DNA of 52,971 nucleotides from Candidatus Micrarchaeota archaeon (GTDB taxonomy: Archaea > Micrarchaeota > Micrarchaeia > Micrarchaeales > CABMGC01): assembly GCA_964640735.1 (NCBI GenBank), contig CAZXIK010000001.1, forward strand, positions 1 through 52,971. The letters run 5' to 3'. This document shows positions 26,232 to 35,361 of the stretch, piece by piece. A program made the position numbers and the translations under genes. The first letter of the stretch is position 1; every line of letters starts with the position of its first letter. The notes beneath the pieces were generated by a model that worked only from the letters and a program-made list of their open reading frames with translations, made no database searches and was not told where the DNA came from.

Positions 26232-26314
26232 AAGCCTAGGCTGATTAGTGGTCTATATTCGAACTTGAGGAAAACATATATAAAAAGGTATTGAGATAGG
26301 AAGGTGGGGAGAAT

Positions 26315-27022
26315 TTGAACAGGCTCGAGCTCTACAAGGAGATCAGCAAGAGCGTTGCGCAGGATAAGCTCGAGCAGCTGACGAAAGAAGCGGAGGAGGT
26401 AGCGAAAAAGAAGCTGCTCACCCAGAAAACAAAGGTCAAAACGGACAGGGAAGAGGGGATAAAGAGATATTTCATAAAGAACGGGGAGGTCGCCTTTTAT
26501 GAACCTTATTACTTTCCTGGGACCGTGGCGGCGCACATTGTGAAGCATCAAGGCAAGAGGAGCAGGCACCACGACAAGAGGAAACCGCGACAGAACAGCG
26601 CAATAAGATACGCAATCGTAGGGCACAGCCCTGACTTCGTTGACTTGAAGCAGACCGCGGACGGAGTGAACTACGCGTTCGATCCGCACCAGTTCAAGAG
26701 CGGCGAGAGCCTAAAGTGGTACAGCTATAACAATGTATGGCATGCGCAGCTCGGCCTCTTGTACCCCGTAATAATATGCAGCAAGCACAAGACCAGCCTC
26801 GGAGTGAACCCGAGTTACGCATGGGACCAGCTCAGCTCTGAACCCTGCTGGGTGATGCCGGTCAATGGGGACGTCGACAAGATGGAGAAGGACTTTGCCG
26901 GGATGCTTAAGGGCCTGAAGAGGGTCAGCCCTCCCAACGACAGCACGGAGCAGATAGTTGAGGCGATAAAGATCGCCAAGGTGCTTGAAACTCATAAAAA
27001 CCTGCTAAGGCGACTCCAATAA
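26315..27022 (+). CDS. Hypothetical protein
   Basis: 235 aa ORF with a TTG start. It has an N-terminal coiled-coil-like region and a basic patch (KRSRHHDKRKPR). No family recognised. Confidence 0.45.
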   Translation: MNRLELYKEISKSVAQDKLEQLTKEAEEVAKKKLLTQKTKVKTDREEGIKRYFIKNGEVAFYEPYYFPGTVAAHIVKHQGKRSRHHDKRKPRQNSAIRYAIVGHSPDFVDLKQTADGVNYAFDPHQFKSGESLKWYSYNNVWHAQLGLLYPVIICSKHKTSLGVNPSYAWDQLSSEPCWVMPVNGDVDKMEKDFAGMLKGLKRVSPPNDSTEQIVEAIKIAKVLETHKNLLRRLQ

Positions 27023-27035
27023 GACAGGTTGTTCG

Positions 27036-27830
27036 ATGCCGCAGCACGTGAAGACGCTTTTCGTTCATAGGCAGAAGACAGAACCCAAGATGGAGATGCG
27101 CACAAAGGCAAGAACCGAGTTCACTGATGCGCACTGCCACCTCAACCTGTTCAAAAACCCACAACATGAGATGGCTGAGGCAAGGAAGAAAGGCGTTCAC
27201 CTGGTAATAGCGGCCGGAGGCAGCGACAAAGACAACAACGATATCCTGAAGCTGCTGGAAATCGACAGCGTGTTCGCTGTAATAGGCATCGGCCCTGACT
27301 TTTCGACAAGGGACCATTCTAAGGTTGCAGAGATCGGAAAGATTATAAAGAGTAGCAGAAAGATCGTCGGGATAGGGGAGATAGGCATGGACGAGAAGGC
27401 TATGGCCGAGAACAATATAGAATTGCAGGAGAGGATATTCAGGGCACAGCTCGGGATTGCCAGGGCGCTGTACCTGCCCGTGGTGATACATTCAAGGGGC
27501 AGGCTTGACCAAGTGACAAGGATAATGGAAGAGGAGAAGGCTGGAAAGGCGCTTTTTCACTTCTTCGAAGGCGACGAGAAGCAGGCATCGGAGCTTGCCC
27601 AGAAAGGCCATCTCATCTCAATCCCGCCTGCAATGACGGGCAGGAGGAAAAGGATTATAAATGAACTCAGCTTAAACAGTATTGTCGTTGAGACCGATTC
27701 CCCGGTAGTGGGGAAGGGTCCTGCGGACGTTATCGGGGTTTGCGAAACCATCGCCAAGCTCAAGGGCGTCACGCTGGAGGAGGTCGCGGCGAGAACAACA
27801 GAAAACATAAGAAGGCTGTTTTATATATGA
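27036..27830 (+). CDS. TatD-family metal-dependent hydrolase/DNase
   Basis: DAHCHL, IGEIGMD, VVIHSR and VETDSP. The start may be the internal MEMRT. Confidence 0.8.
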   Translation: MPQHVKTLFVHRQKTEPKMEMRTKARTEFTDAHCHLNLFKNPQHEMAEARKKGVHLVIAAGGSDKDNNDILKLLEIDSVFAVIGIGPDFSTRDHSKVAEIGKIIKSSRKIVGIGEIGMDEKAMAENNIELQERIFRAQLGIARALYLPVVIHSRGRLDQVTRIMEEEKAGKALFHFFEGDEKQASELAQKGHLISIPPAMTGRRKRIINELSLNSIVVETDSPVVGKGPADVIGVCETIAKLKGVTLEEVAARTTENIRRLFYI

Positions 27831-27840
27831 CTATTCAGCC

Positions 27841-27935
27841 GGGCTCGTAGCTCAGCTTGGATAGAGCGACAGCCTTCTAGGACTGCGATGTATGAAGCAA
27901 GCTGAAGGTCGCGGGTTCAAATCCCGCCGGGCCCG
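27841..27935 (+). tRNA. tRNA-Arg(UCU) with a 20-nt intron at the canonical 37/38 position (intron 27880..27899)
   Basis: GGGCTCG-TA-GCTC-AGCTTGGATA-GAGC-G-ACAGC-CTTCTA[intron]A-GCTGA-AGGTC-GCGGG-TTCAAAT-CCCGC-CGGGCCC-G. A bulge-helix-bulge is visible: CTTC pairs with GAAG, flanked by the 3-nt bulges TAG and CAA. No CCA is encoded. Confidence 0.85.
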
Positions 27936-27946
27936 CTGGTGTTTGC

Positions 27947-28213
27947 ATGAAGGACGACCCAAAACACGAAGAGACGATTGCGCAGGTCAAGCAGCAGATA
28001 GAGATACTGCTGAACGACAACAGCGTGCCGAGGAACGTGAAGGCCGCACTGGAAGAGGCGAAGAAGGCGCTGATTCAGGGCGATGGCTACTCGGTCAGGG
28101 CGTCAACGGCAACATACAAGATCGATGAGGTCAGCAACGACATCAACCTGCCGCCTTACGCAAGGACAGTCATATGGAACGTGCTCAGCCTGCTCGAGTC
28201 TGTCAAGGACTAG
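27947..28213 (+). CDS. UPF0147-family small conserved archaeal protein
   Basis: 88 aa. LLNDNSVPRNVKAALEEAKKAL...IDEVSNDINLPPYARTVIWNVLSLLESV matches my recollection of UPF0147 proteins. Confidence 0.6.
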   Translation: MKDDPKHEETIAQVKQQIEILLNDNSVPRNVKAALEEAKKALIQGDGYSVRASTATYKIDEVSNDINLPPYARTVIWNVLSLLESVKD

Positions 28214-28280
28214 TTTCCGATGGCAGATGATTCTGCAAATCCAACTTTTATCCAACGCTACACGGGAACGCCGTGTAAGA

Positions 28281-28288
28281 TTTAAATA
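28281..28288 (+). promoter_or_regulatory. TATA-box-like element upstream of the PolD operon
   Basis: TTTAAATA lies about 26-33 nt upstream of the DP1 TTG start (28314). Confidence 0.3.
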
Positions 28289-28313
28289 AGAAGCATCCAA
28301 AGGTCAGTGCTAT

Positions 28314-29834
28314 TTGTTTGGGGGCATTCGCGTGGGAAACGGAACTCTGCTTGAGCTGGTGACAAGGCTCAATGGAAAGGTGATCATCAGTTCCGATGTC
28401 ACCGATTCCGACCTTGAGAACGTCGATATGGAATCCCTTTTTGCAAACGTGATTGAACATTTTGAGAGATCTGAAAGCGCAATTCTTGGGAAAAAGGAAC
28501 TCGTTGGCATCATCTCAAGCATGAAGGAGAAAAAGGAGCCTGTGCAGGTGGAGATAATAAGGTCAGGAGACTTCAAGCCTCTGTCCAAGGAGCTTGACGC
28601 TGATTATACTTCCAGAAATGTCAAAGTAGACAAGACGTCTTCGAGCGTGACCGATTTTGTCGATTACTTCCAGAGCAGGTTCAGGAAGCTGAGGGAGATA
28701 ATCAAGTCCCACGGGCTCAGCGGCATGATAGGCAACATTGAAAGCACAAAGCACTACATCGACGGCAGGGAACTCGTGATGGTCGGCATAGTGTTTGACA
28801 AGATTGTCACAAGAAAAGGCCACATACTTGTAACTCTCGAGGATGAAACTGGAACCGCGAAGGTGCTGTTCCTCAAGCCGCAAAGAAAAGCAAGGGACCA
28901 GGCGAATGAGCTATTTGATGCCGCAAGCAGGCTCGTGAAAGACGACGCCGTGGCCGTAAAGGGAAAAGTGGCGAATCCGTTCATATTCGCGTCAAAACTG
29001 CTTTGGCCTGACGTACCGATACACTACCCGAACAAGAGCGAGGAGGATGTTGCAGTAGCGCTTGTATCGGACGTCCATGTTGGCCACAAACTTTTCATGG
29101 AAAAACAGTTCGGCAAGTTCCTGGAGTGGGTGAACGGCGGCGTGGACAAGAGGAAAGACCTTGCCGAGAAGATAAAATACATGGTGATCGGCGGGGACCT
29201 GGTGGACGGGATAGGAATATACCCACAGCAGGAAAAAGAGCTTGCGATAGACGACATCTACAAGCAGTATTCAGTCTTCTTCGATTTCCTGCAGAGCATT
29301 CCCGATTACATAGAGGTTTTTGTGATTCCAGGAAATCATGATGCTGTGCAGAGGGCGGAGCCCCAGCCCCAGATAGGAGACAACTTCCTTGACGATTTCA
29401 AGCGAGAGAACGTGCACATGATGACCAACCCGTGCTATCTGAACCTCCATGGGACGAAGTTTCTCGTCTATCACGGGACCTCCCTCGATTCAGTCATAAG
29501 AAGCATACCTGGCTGTACCTACGGCACGCCCACTGATGCGATGAAGGAGATACTTAAGAGGAGGCACCTTTCGCCGATATACGGCGGAAACATAATAATT
29601 CCTGGAAAAACAGACTCGCTCGTGATAGACGAGGTGCCGGACGTGCTGCACATGGGCCACATACACAAGAATGGCTATGACAACTACCACGGAACTGCGA
29701 TAATAAACAGCGGAACTTGGCAAGGAAGGACCGGCTTCCAGGTGAAGCAGGGCCACATACCTTCGCCGTGCCTCCAGCCCATCTACGAGACCAAGACGAT
29801 GAAAATGAACCTGATCGACTTCAACGAGGTGTGA
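28314..29834 (+). CDS. DNA polymerase II (PolD) small subunit DP1
   Basis: An OB-fold region is followed by calcineurin-like phosphoesterase motifs: VSDVHVGH, GGDLVDG, GNHD, GHIH. A TATA-like TTTAAATA lies about 30 nt upstream. Confidence 0.9.
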   Translation: MFGGIRVGNGTLLELVTRLNGKVIISSDVTDSDLENVDMESLFANVIEHFERSESAILGKKELVGIISSMKEKKEPVQVEIIRSGDFKPLSKELDADYTSRNVKVDKTSSSVTDFVDYFQSRFRKLREIIKSHGLSGMIGNIESTKHYIDGRELVMVGIVFDKIVTRKGHILVTLEDETGTAKVLFLKPQRKARDQANELFDAASRLVKDDAVAVKGKVANPFIFASKLLWPDVPIHYPNKSEEDVAVALVSDVHVGHKLFMEKQFGKFLEWVNGGVDKRKDLAEKIKYMVIGGDLVDGIGIYPQQEKELAIDDIYKQYSVFFDFLQSIPDYIEVFVIPGNHDAVQRAEPQPQIGDNFLDDFKRENVHMMTNPCYLNLHGTKFLVYHGTSLDSVIRSIPGCTYGTPTDAMKEILKRRHLSPIYGGNIIIPGKTDSLVIDEVPDVLHMGHIHKNGYDNYHGTAIINSGTWQGRTGFQVKQGHIPSPCLQPIYETKTMKMNLIDFNEV

Positions 29835-29975
29835 AAGACGGATACTGAAGAATATTTCAAGAACCTTGAAGAGAAGTTCGATATAGCCTACAGCATAGCC
29901 AGCAAGGCCAAGGCTGTCGGATTCGATCCGCATCCGAACGTTGAGATAAAGGTAGCACCGGATCTTGCAGGCAGG

Positions 29976-32900
29976 GTGGAGGGGCTCATTAACGTAAAGG
30001 GCATCTCGGAGCTCATACGCAAAAACCAGCAAGTGGTCAAGAACAGGAACGAGCTGATCTTCATGACGATAAAGGAGATCTGCACAAACAGCGAGTTCTC
30101 CAGCCACGAGACCATAAAAAGGATAGAGCTTGCAGTAAGGGTCGCGCTTGCGATGATAACTGACGGGGTGCTGGTTGCGCCTACTGAAGGGATGCAGGGA
30201 ATCTCGCATTTCAGGAATCCGGACAACTCCGATTACATCGCAGTATCCTATGCAGGGCCGATAAGGAGCGCGGGAGGAACTGCCGTTGCGCTATCGGTAG
30301 CTTTTGCAGATTACGCAAGGAGATTCTTCAGCATAGGAGACTACCGTGCCACCCCGAATGAGATAGAGAGATATGTGGAAGAGCTTGAGATCTACCACGA
30401 AAGGGTTACCCCGTTGCAATACAGACCTCCTGCCGATGAGATAAGAACGATTGTTTCCAACTGCCCTGTCTGCGTGGACGGGGTTCCCACAGAGGAGGTG
30501 GAGATAAGCGTGCATGCAAACATGTCGAGAAGGGGATTCGACGGCAAGGACGTGGCTGTAACAAACAGGATCAGGGGGGGAATCCCGCTCGTGGTCAGCA
30601 GCATAGCGCAGAAAGCGAAGAGCGTCTCTAGGGAGGTGAGGAAGGCGGGGCTCGACTGGAGCTGGCTTGATGGCATAATCAAGCTGGACAAGGTAAAAGC
30701 GGCGCCGGAAGCTTCGAAGGACGAGACTGCGGTGTTTCTCGATGAACTCGTGGCGGGAAGGCCGATACTTGCTTACCCGAAGCACTTCGGAGGCTTCAGG
30801 CTAAGGTATGGGAGGAGCAGGATGACCGGAATAGCGGCGAAGGGCTTCAGCCCCGCTACGATGGCGATAGTCGACGATTTCATAGCGATTGGCACGCAGT
30901 TGAAGATAGAGCTTCCCGGAAAGGGGTGCGTAGCCTCGCCGGTCGATTCGATTGAGGGGCCTTTTGTGAAGCTCAAGTCTGGAGAGTCGCTGCGCATAAA
31001 TGACGCCGAGACCGCCAGGCTGCTGAGGAACCGGATAGGGAAGATAATCTGCCTGGGAGACGTGCTCATAACCTACGGGGATTTCAAGAAGAGCAACACG
31101 AAGCTGCAGCCCAGCGGCTACGTCGAGGAGTTCTGGGAGGCCCAGCTGAGAGATGCAACAAAGGAAATGCAGAAAGTCGACCATGCAAACATAAGTTTTG
31201 AGGAAGCGTATGCGGTTTCGATGAAATACAGAATACCGCTTCACCCAAAATTCCTCTTCGAATTCCAGGCAGTGGACGCGGAAGAGCTGGAATTGCTTGC
31301 AAGCGCAATTTTGCCTTCGCTTGCTAAAAGCAAAACGGCCAGGGAGATTGAGGGTTTGAAGATCCAAGCCGGAGATGGGACAGATGGGACATCGGAGCTC
31401 GACAGAATACTCGACATGCTCATGGTCCCCCATGCTTTCGCAAACGAAGGCATTGAGATCAGAGGGGACTACGCAAAGGCGCTCATTACGTCGCTCGGGT
31501 TCACGGAAGGTTCAGACCTTGGGATCAGGACAGAGGGGGTGATGGAAAAGTACAAAGCAGGTTATGACGACACTCTCTCGCTTGTAAACTCGGTCTCGCA
31601 AGTCAAATTGATGAAAAGGTCGATATTCCTGGGAGCAAGAATAGGCAGGCCTGAAAAGGCGAAGGAAAGGCTGATGAAACCCGCACTGAACATACTATTT
31701 CCTATCGGATTCAGGGGCGGGAAGGAAAGAAATCTTTCAAACGCTTACATTGCAGGCACGAAAAAGTTCGGAAGCACAGGAATGGATGTAGAGATAGCGT
31801 CCTATAGATGCGACTCGTGCGGACTTGCTATGGATACACCTTATTGTTATAGCTGCAAGAGGCGCTGCAGGATAGATTACAGGTGCCCGAACTGCGGAAT
31901 CAGGCAGGAAACTCCGGTCTGCAGGAACTGCGGCGCTGAAACCCGGGCTTACGATGAGAGGGGCATCGATTTCGAGGCGCTGGTTTCAAAGGCGATGCAA
32001 AAAATAGGCGTGGACAAAATGCCCAAGTCAGTGAAGGGCGTCAAGGGGCTCGTGAGCAGGAAGAAGATAGCCGAGCCTGTGGAAAAGGGCATATTGAGGT
32101 CGATGCACGGCGTTTACATTTTCAAGGACGGCACTGCAAGGTTTGATGCCACAGACATGCCGATAACTCACTTCTATCCGAAGGAGGTAGGAGTCAGCGC
32201 AGCAAAACTGAGAGAGCTTGGCTATGACAAAGATTATGAAGGAAAGGAGCTTGCGAGCGAAAATCAGTTGCTCGAACTCAAGCACCAGGACGTAATAGTG
32301 AATAAAAGGGGCGGAGAGTACCTGCTAGCGGTCTCCCGGTTTGTCGATGACATGCTGCAGAGGCTCTATGGAATGGGCGCCTACTACAGGGCAAAGGACT
32401 CCCAAGACCTTATCGGCAAACTTGTTTTGAGCCTGTCGCCTCACACGTCCTGCGCCGTGCTAAACAGGATAGTAGGATTCACGGAAGCAAATGTAGGTTT
32501 CGCGCATCCCTACGTGATCTCGGCGAGAAGGAGGAATGCGGATGGTGACGAGGACACGATAATGCTGCTTCTTGACGCCTTGATAAACTTTTCAAGGGAA
32601 TACCTTCCGGTTACGATAGGAGGCACGATGGACGAGCCTCTACTCATGATGACGCGCGTGATGCCGCAGGAGGTTGACGACGAGGTCCATGCGATGGAGG
32701 TAGTAAACGATTATGGGATCGAGTTCTACAGCAAGACGTTCGAGAACGCATCCCCTGATGAGGCCAAGGTTGAACTTGTTAAGAACAGGCTTGAAACGCC
32801 AGGGGCTTTCCATAACCTTAGCTTCACCCATGCCGCATCTGCCAACGCGATACGCGATTCCCCGAAGAGCAGCATTTACACAATCCTCAAGACGATGGAC

Positions 32901-33314
32901 GAGAAGATAGACGAAGAGTTCAAGGTCATGGACATGCTCGAGTCGATAGACAAGCGGGATGCGGCGCGCAGGCTGATAAACGGGCATTTCATACGGGATC
33001 TCATCGGCAACCTGCACTCATTCTCAAAACAGAGGTTCAGGTGCTCCTCGTGCAACGCGAAGTACAGGAGGGTTCCGCTGAGCGGCAAATGCACAAGGAA
33101 CAACTGCGGCGGGAAGCTCCTGCTTACGATATCCAAGGGGAGTATCGAGAAATACCTAAACACTTCAATAAAGCTTGCAGACAGGTATAACCTCGACACA
33201 TACACCAAGCAGAGGCTACAGCTCATAAAGGACGAGATAGGCAACCTATTCGGCGCCCAAGAGGTTAACGCTGATGAAAACAAGGGCCAGTTCAATCTGG
33301 TAAACTTCATGTGA
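29976..33314 (+). CDS. DNA polymerase II (PolD) large subunit DP2. The conserved N-terminus continues upstream to about 29835.
   Basis: More than 1100 aa with DP2 patterns: SYAGPIRSAGGTA, LQYRPP, Cys-rich zinc modules CDSCG...CYSC...CPNCG...CRNCG, and a C-terminal CSSC...C..NCGG. In-frame codons 29835-29975 encode TEEYFKNLEEKFDIAYSIASKAKAVGFDP...DLAGRVE, the canonical DP2 N-terminus. Confidence 0.92.
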   Translation: MEGLINVKGISELIRKNQQVVKNRNELIFMTIKEICTNSEFSSHETIKRIELAVRVALAMITDGVLVAPTEGMQGISHFRNPDNSDYIAVSYAGPIRSAGGTAVALSVAFADYARRFFSIGDYRATPNEIERYVEELEIYHERVTPLQYRPPADEIRTIVSNCPVCVDGVPTEEVEISVHANMSRRGFDGKDVAVTNRIRGGIPLVVSSIAQKAKSVSREVRKAGLDWSWLDGIIKLDKVKAAPEASKDETAVFLDELVAGRPILAYPKHFGGFRLRYGRSRMTGIAAKGFSPATMAIVDDFIAIGTQLKIELPGKGCVASPVDSIEGPFVKLKSGESLRINDAETARLLRNRIGKIICLGDVLITYGDFKKSNTKLQPSGYVEEFWEAQLRDATKEMQKVDHANISFEEAYAVSMKYRIPLHPKFLFEFQAVDAEELELLASAILPSLAKSKTAREIEGLKIQAGDGTDGTSELDRILDMLMVPHAFANEGIEIRGDYAKALITSLGFTEGSDLGIRTEGVMEKYKAGYDDTLSLVNSVSQVKLMKRSIFLGARIGRPEKAKERLMKPALNILFPIGFRGGKERNLSNAYIAGTKKFGSTGMDVEIASYRCDSCGLAMDTPYCYSCKRRCRIDYRCPNCGIRQETPVCRNCGAETRAYDERGIDFEALVSKAMQKIGVDKMPKSVKGVKGLVSRKKIAEPVEKGILRSMHGVYIFKDGTARFDATDMPITHFYPKEVGVSAAKLRELGYDKDYEGKELASENQLLELKHQDVIVNKRGGEYLLAVSRFVDDMLQRLYGMGAYYRAKDSQDLIGKLVLSLSPHTSCAVLNRIVGFTEANVGFAHPYVISARRRNADGDEDTIMLLLDALINFSREYLPVTIGGTMDEPLLMMTRVMPQEVDDEVHAMEVVNDYGIEFYSKTFENASPDEAKVELVKNRLETPGAFHNLSFTHAASANAIRDSPKSSIYTILKTMDEKIDEEFKVMDMLESIDKRDAARRLINGHFIRDLIGNLHSFSKQRFRCSSCNAKYRRVPLSGKCTRNNCGGKLLLTISKGSIEKYLNTSIKLADRYNLDTYTKQRLQLIKDEIGNLFGAQEVNADENKGQFNLVNFM

Positions 33315-33840
33315 GGTAGCGGGCTGCTATGTACTCTTTGGCGTTCTGGAGCAGCTGCTTTTGATTTTCGTATTTCGCCTTCTCTATCGCCTTGCCTATA
33401 GGCATGAGGAAACATCTCTTGTGCTCCTCGGAGATCGCAATCTGCTTTATGTCTTTGCTGTGGATGAACGCAAGAAAGTATGTTACTTTTTTGCTTACTC
33501 TTATTCTTTTGCCGGTTTTGGGTTCAGCCTCTTCGAAAACATACGACTGTTCTCCGACAAACCCTGTGTCAAGATGGACTGCTATGCCAAGCTCTTCCCT
33601 TATCTCTCTGTGAGCCGCCTGCAGTACGCTCTCGCCGCGTTCGAGATGGCCTTTCGGACCTATGTCCACCGCTTCCTCATCAGACTCTCTCCCGCGATAA
33701 GCCGGGTTCTTGACAAGCTGGAGCACATATATTGCCTTATTTTGGATCGTGAAGACAATAGCGCCTGCAGCGACCTCGCTCCTCGAGCTCGGCTTGCTAC
33801 TTGGAGGCATTCTTTTTGACCGCTTCTTCAAATATGTCAA
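33307..33840 (-). CDS. NUDIX hydrolase
   Basis: Nudix box GHLERGESVLQAAHREIREELGI. The start may be the internal MPPSS (33810). Confidence 0.8.
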   Translation of the reverse strand: MTYLKKRSKRMPPSSKPSSRSEVAAGAIVFTIQNKAIYVLQLVKNPAYRGRESDEEAVDIGPKGHLERGESVLQAAHREIREELGIAVHLDTGFVGEQSYVFEEAEPKTGKRIRVSKKVTYFLAFIHSKDIKQIAISEEHKRCFLMPIGKAIEKAKYENQKQLLQNAKEYIAARYLT

Positions 33841-35116
33841 GCCCCTTCTCTAAATTAGACTCCGAAATGGTAATGGGCGGTATAAGGCGTATCGTTGACT
33901 TTCCGCACGGGAGAATCAATAGGCCATTGTTGAAGCAATATGAGATAATCTGATCCCTTTCCTTGCTTGCATACTCCTTCGTGACCTTGCTCTTGACAAA
34001 TTCCGCTGCGGTCATGAGCCCCAGGCCGCGGACATCCCCTACCATCTCGTATCTGTCCTTCATTTCATAAAGCCTCTTCATCACTTTCTTTCCTTTTGAT
34101 TTGACTTGCGCCTCGAGGCTCTGCTTGTTTCTCTTCACGTAATCCAGCGAGGCGATCGCTGCAGCCACGGAAACAAGATTTCCTCCGAATGTTCCGGCGT
34201 GAGCGCCAGGAGTCACGTCTCCCAGGCCGTGCCGAGACACTGTTAGACCGATAGGCAATCCGCCTGCAAGCGCCTTTGCAAAAGTGTAAATGTCAGCCTT
34301 GACTCCGAAATTGTCAAGCGCGAGGAATTTCCCGGTTCTCATGTAGCCCGCCTGGATTTCGTCGTCGACCAGAAGCATCCCGTATTTGTCCGCGAGCTCT
34401 CTCAGCTGCTTGAAGAAACCATGCGGCGGGATTACGTACCCTCCCTCTCCTTGGACAGGTTCGAAGAATATCGCGCCTATCTCCTCTGGAGGTATTTGCC
34501 TGCCGATTATGTTTGTTTCTATGAACTCGATGCTCTCTTTTGAGCACTCCTCCGGATCGTCGCTGTGGTGCTTGCACCTATAGGGATTTGGGTACGGGGC
34601 ATGCGAAACGTTGACCAGAGGCCCGTAATGAGCGTGATGGATCGTTTTTGTAGCTGTGAGTGCCATCGAGCCGAAGCTTCTGCCGTGAAAGGAGTTGTAG
34701 AATGCAATGATGTGGTTTCTTTTCGTGAATATCTTTGAAAGCTTCATTGCGTCCTCGTTCGCTTCCGTGCCTGAGTTTGAATAGAAAACCCTGCCGAATC
34801 CAGGAGGCATGAACTCCATGAACTTCTCTGCGAATCTCACCGGAAGTTCAGAGTAGAAGTCCAAAAATGCCGGATGCATCAACTTGTCGATTTGGTTCTT
34901 GGCAGCATTCCTTATCTGTGTGTTGGCGTTTACGCCGAGCGTGTAAACTCCGACAAAGCTCGAGAAGTCTATGAACCTGTTGTCAGCTATGTCATAGATA
35001 TAGTCGCCCTGACCGTGATCCACCGCGAAGGGGAAGTCTTCCCTTGTGGTCGAAAGTATGATCTTCTTATCTCTGTTAATCACGTTTGTGATTTTTGCGG
35101 AAGGCTTGAAAGGCAT
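33797..35116 (-). CDS. Class III PLP-dependent aminotransferase (acetylornithine/4-aminobutyrate aminotransferase family)
   Basis: SNSGTEANE, DEIQAGYMRTGKF and the lysine region FAKALAGG. The start is placed at MPFKPS (35116), 4 nt after the L14e stop. Confidence 0.8.
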   Translation of the reverse strand: MPFKPSAKITNVINRDKKIILSTTREDFPFAVDHGQGDYIYDIADNRFIDFSSFVGVYTLGVNANTQIRNAAKNQIDKLMHPAFLDFYSELPVRFAEKFMEFMPPGFGRVFYSNSGTEANEDAMKLSKIFTKRNHIIAFYNSFHGRSFGSMALTATKTIHHAHYGPLVNVSHAPYPNPYRCKHHSDDPEECSKESIEFIETNIIGRQIPPEEIGAIFFEPVQGEGGYVIPPHGFFKQLRELADKYGMLLVDDEIQAGYMRTGKFLALDNFGVKADIYTFAKALAGGLPIGLTVSRHGLGDVTPGAHAGTFGGNLVSVAAAIASLDYVKRNKQSLEAQVKSKGKKVMKRLYEMKDRYEMVGDVRGLGLMTAAEFVKSKVTKEYASKERDQIISYCFNNGLLILPCGKSTIRLIPPITISESNLEKGLDIFEEAVKKNASK

Positions 35117-35120
35117 AAAG

Positions 35121-35357
35121 TCACTTGAGTTTGGATGCCTCCACTTCAAGCACGCGGGCTATCTGTTCCTTGTTTCCAAGCTCGACCTTTTCGGAAAGGA
35201 ACTCCAGGTGCTTGACATTGCATTTCCGCTCCTTCAGCCTGGTCGAGGTTATTATGTGGACAAAATTAGAATCCAAAACCTTTGTCACCACCGCTCTCTT
35301 TCCGGCATCCCTGCCGAACTTCTTTACGCAGACTCTTCCTACTTCCACTAATGCCAC
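35121..35357 (-). CDS. rpl14e: 50S ribosomal protein L14e
   Basis: 78 aa with a KOW-like VEVGRVCVKKFGRDAGKRAVV. It is in the typical position downstream of archaeal cmk. Confidence 0.8.
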   Translation of the reverse strand: MALVEVGRVCVKKFGRDAGKRAVVTKVLDSNFVHIITSTRLKERKCNVKHLEFLSEKVELGNKEQIARVLEVEASKLK

Positions 35358-35361
35358 TGGA

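Noticed and set aside
27841-27935. tRNA genes (Arg at 27841, Asn at 50075) as integration sites of mobile elements
   Set aside because: No integrase, direct repeat of the tRNA 3' end, or foreign-looking genes flank either tRNA. The neighbours are housekeeping genes packed within about 10 nt.
27892-28128. 78 aa plus-strand ORF starting inside the tRNA-Arg gene
   Set aside because: It overlaps the tRNA and the better-supported UPF0147 gene in another frame, and its composition is Arg/Gly/Glu-rich.
29832-29834. The idea that TGA is globally reassigned (sense codon) in this organism, which would explain the in-frame DP1-TGA-DP2 arrangement
   Set aside because: TGA terminates several well-delimited genes here at the expected protein ends: S8e 6021-6023, sdhA 12454-12456, the HD protein 2440-2442, secY and DP2 itself. 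A global recoding is therefore not supported. A local read-through remains only a minor alternative.
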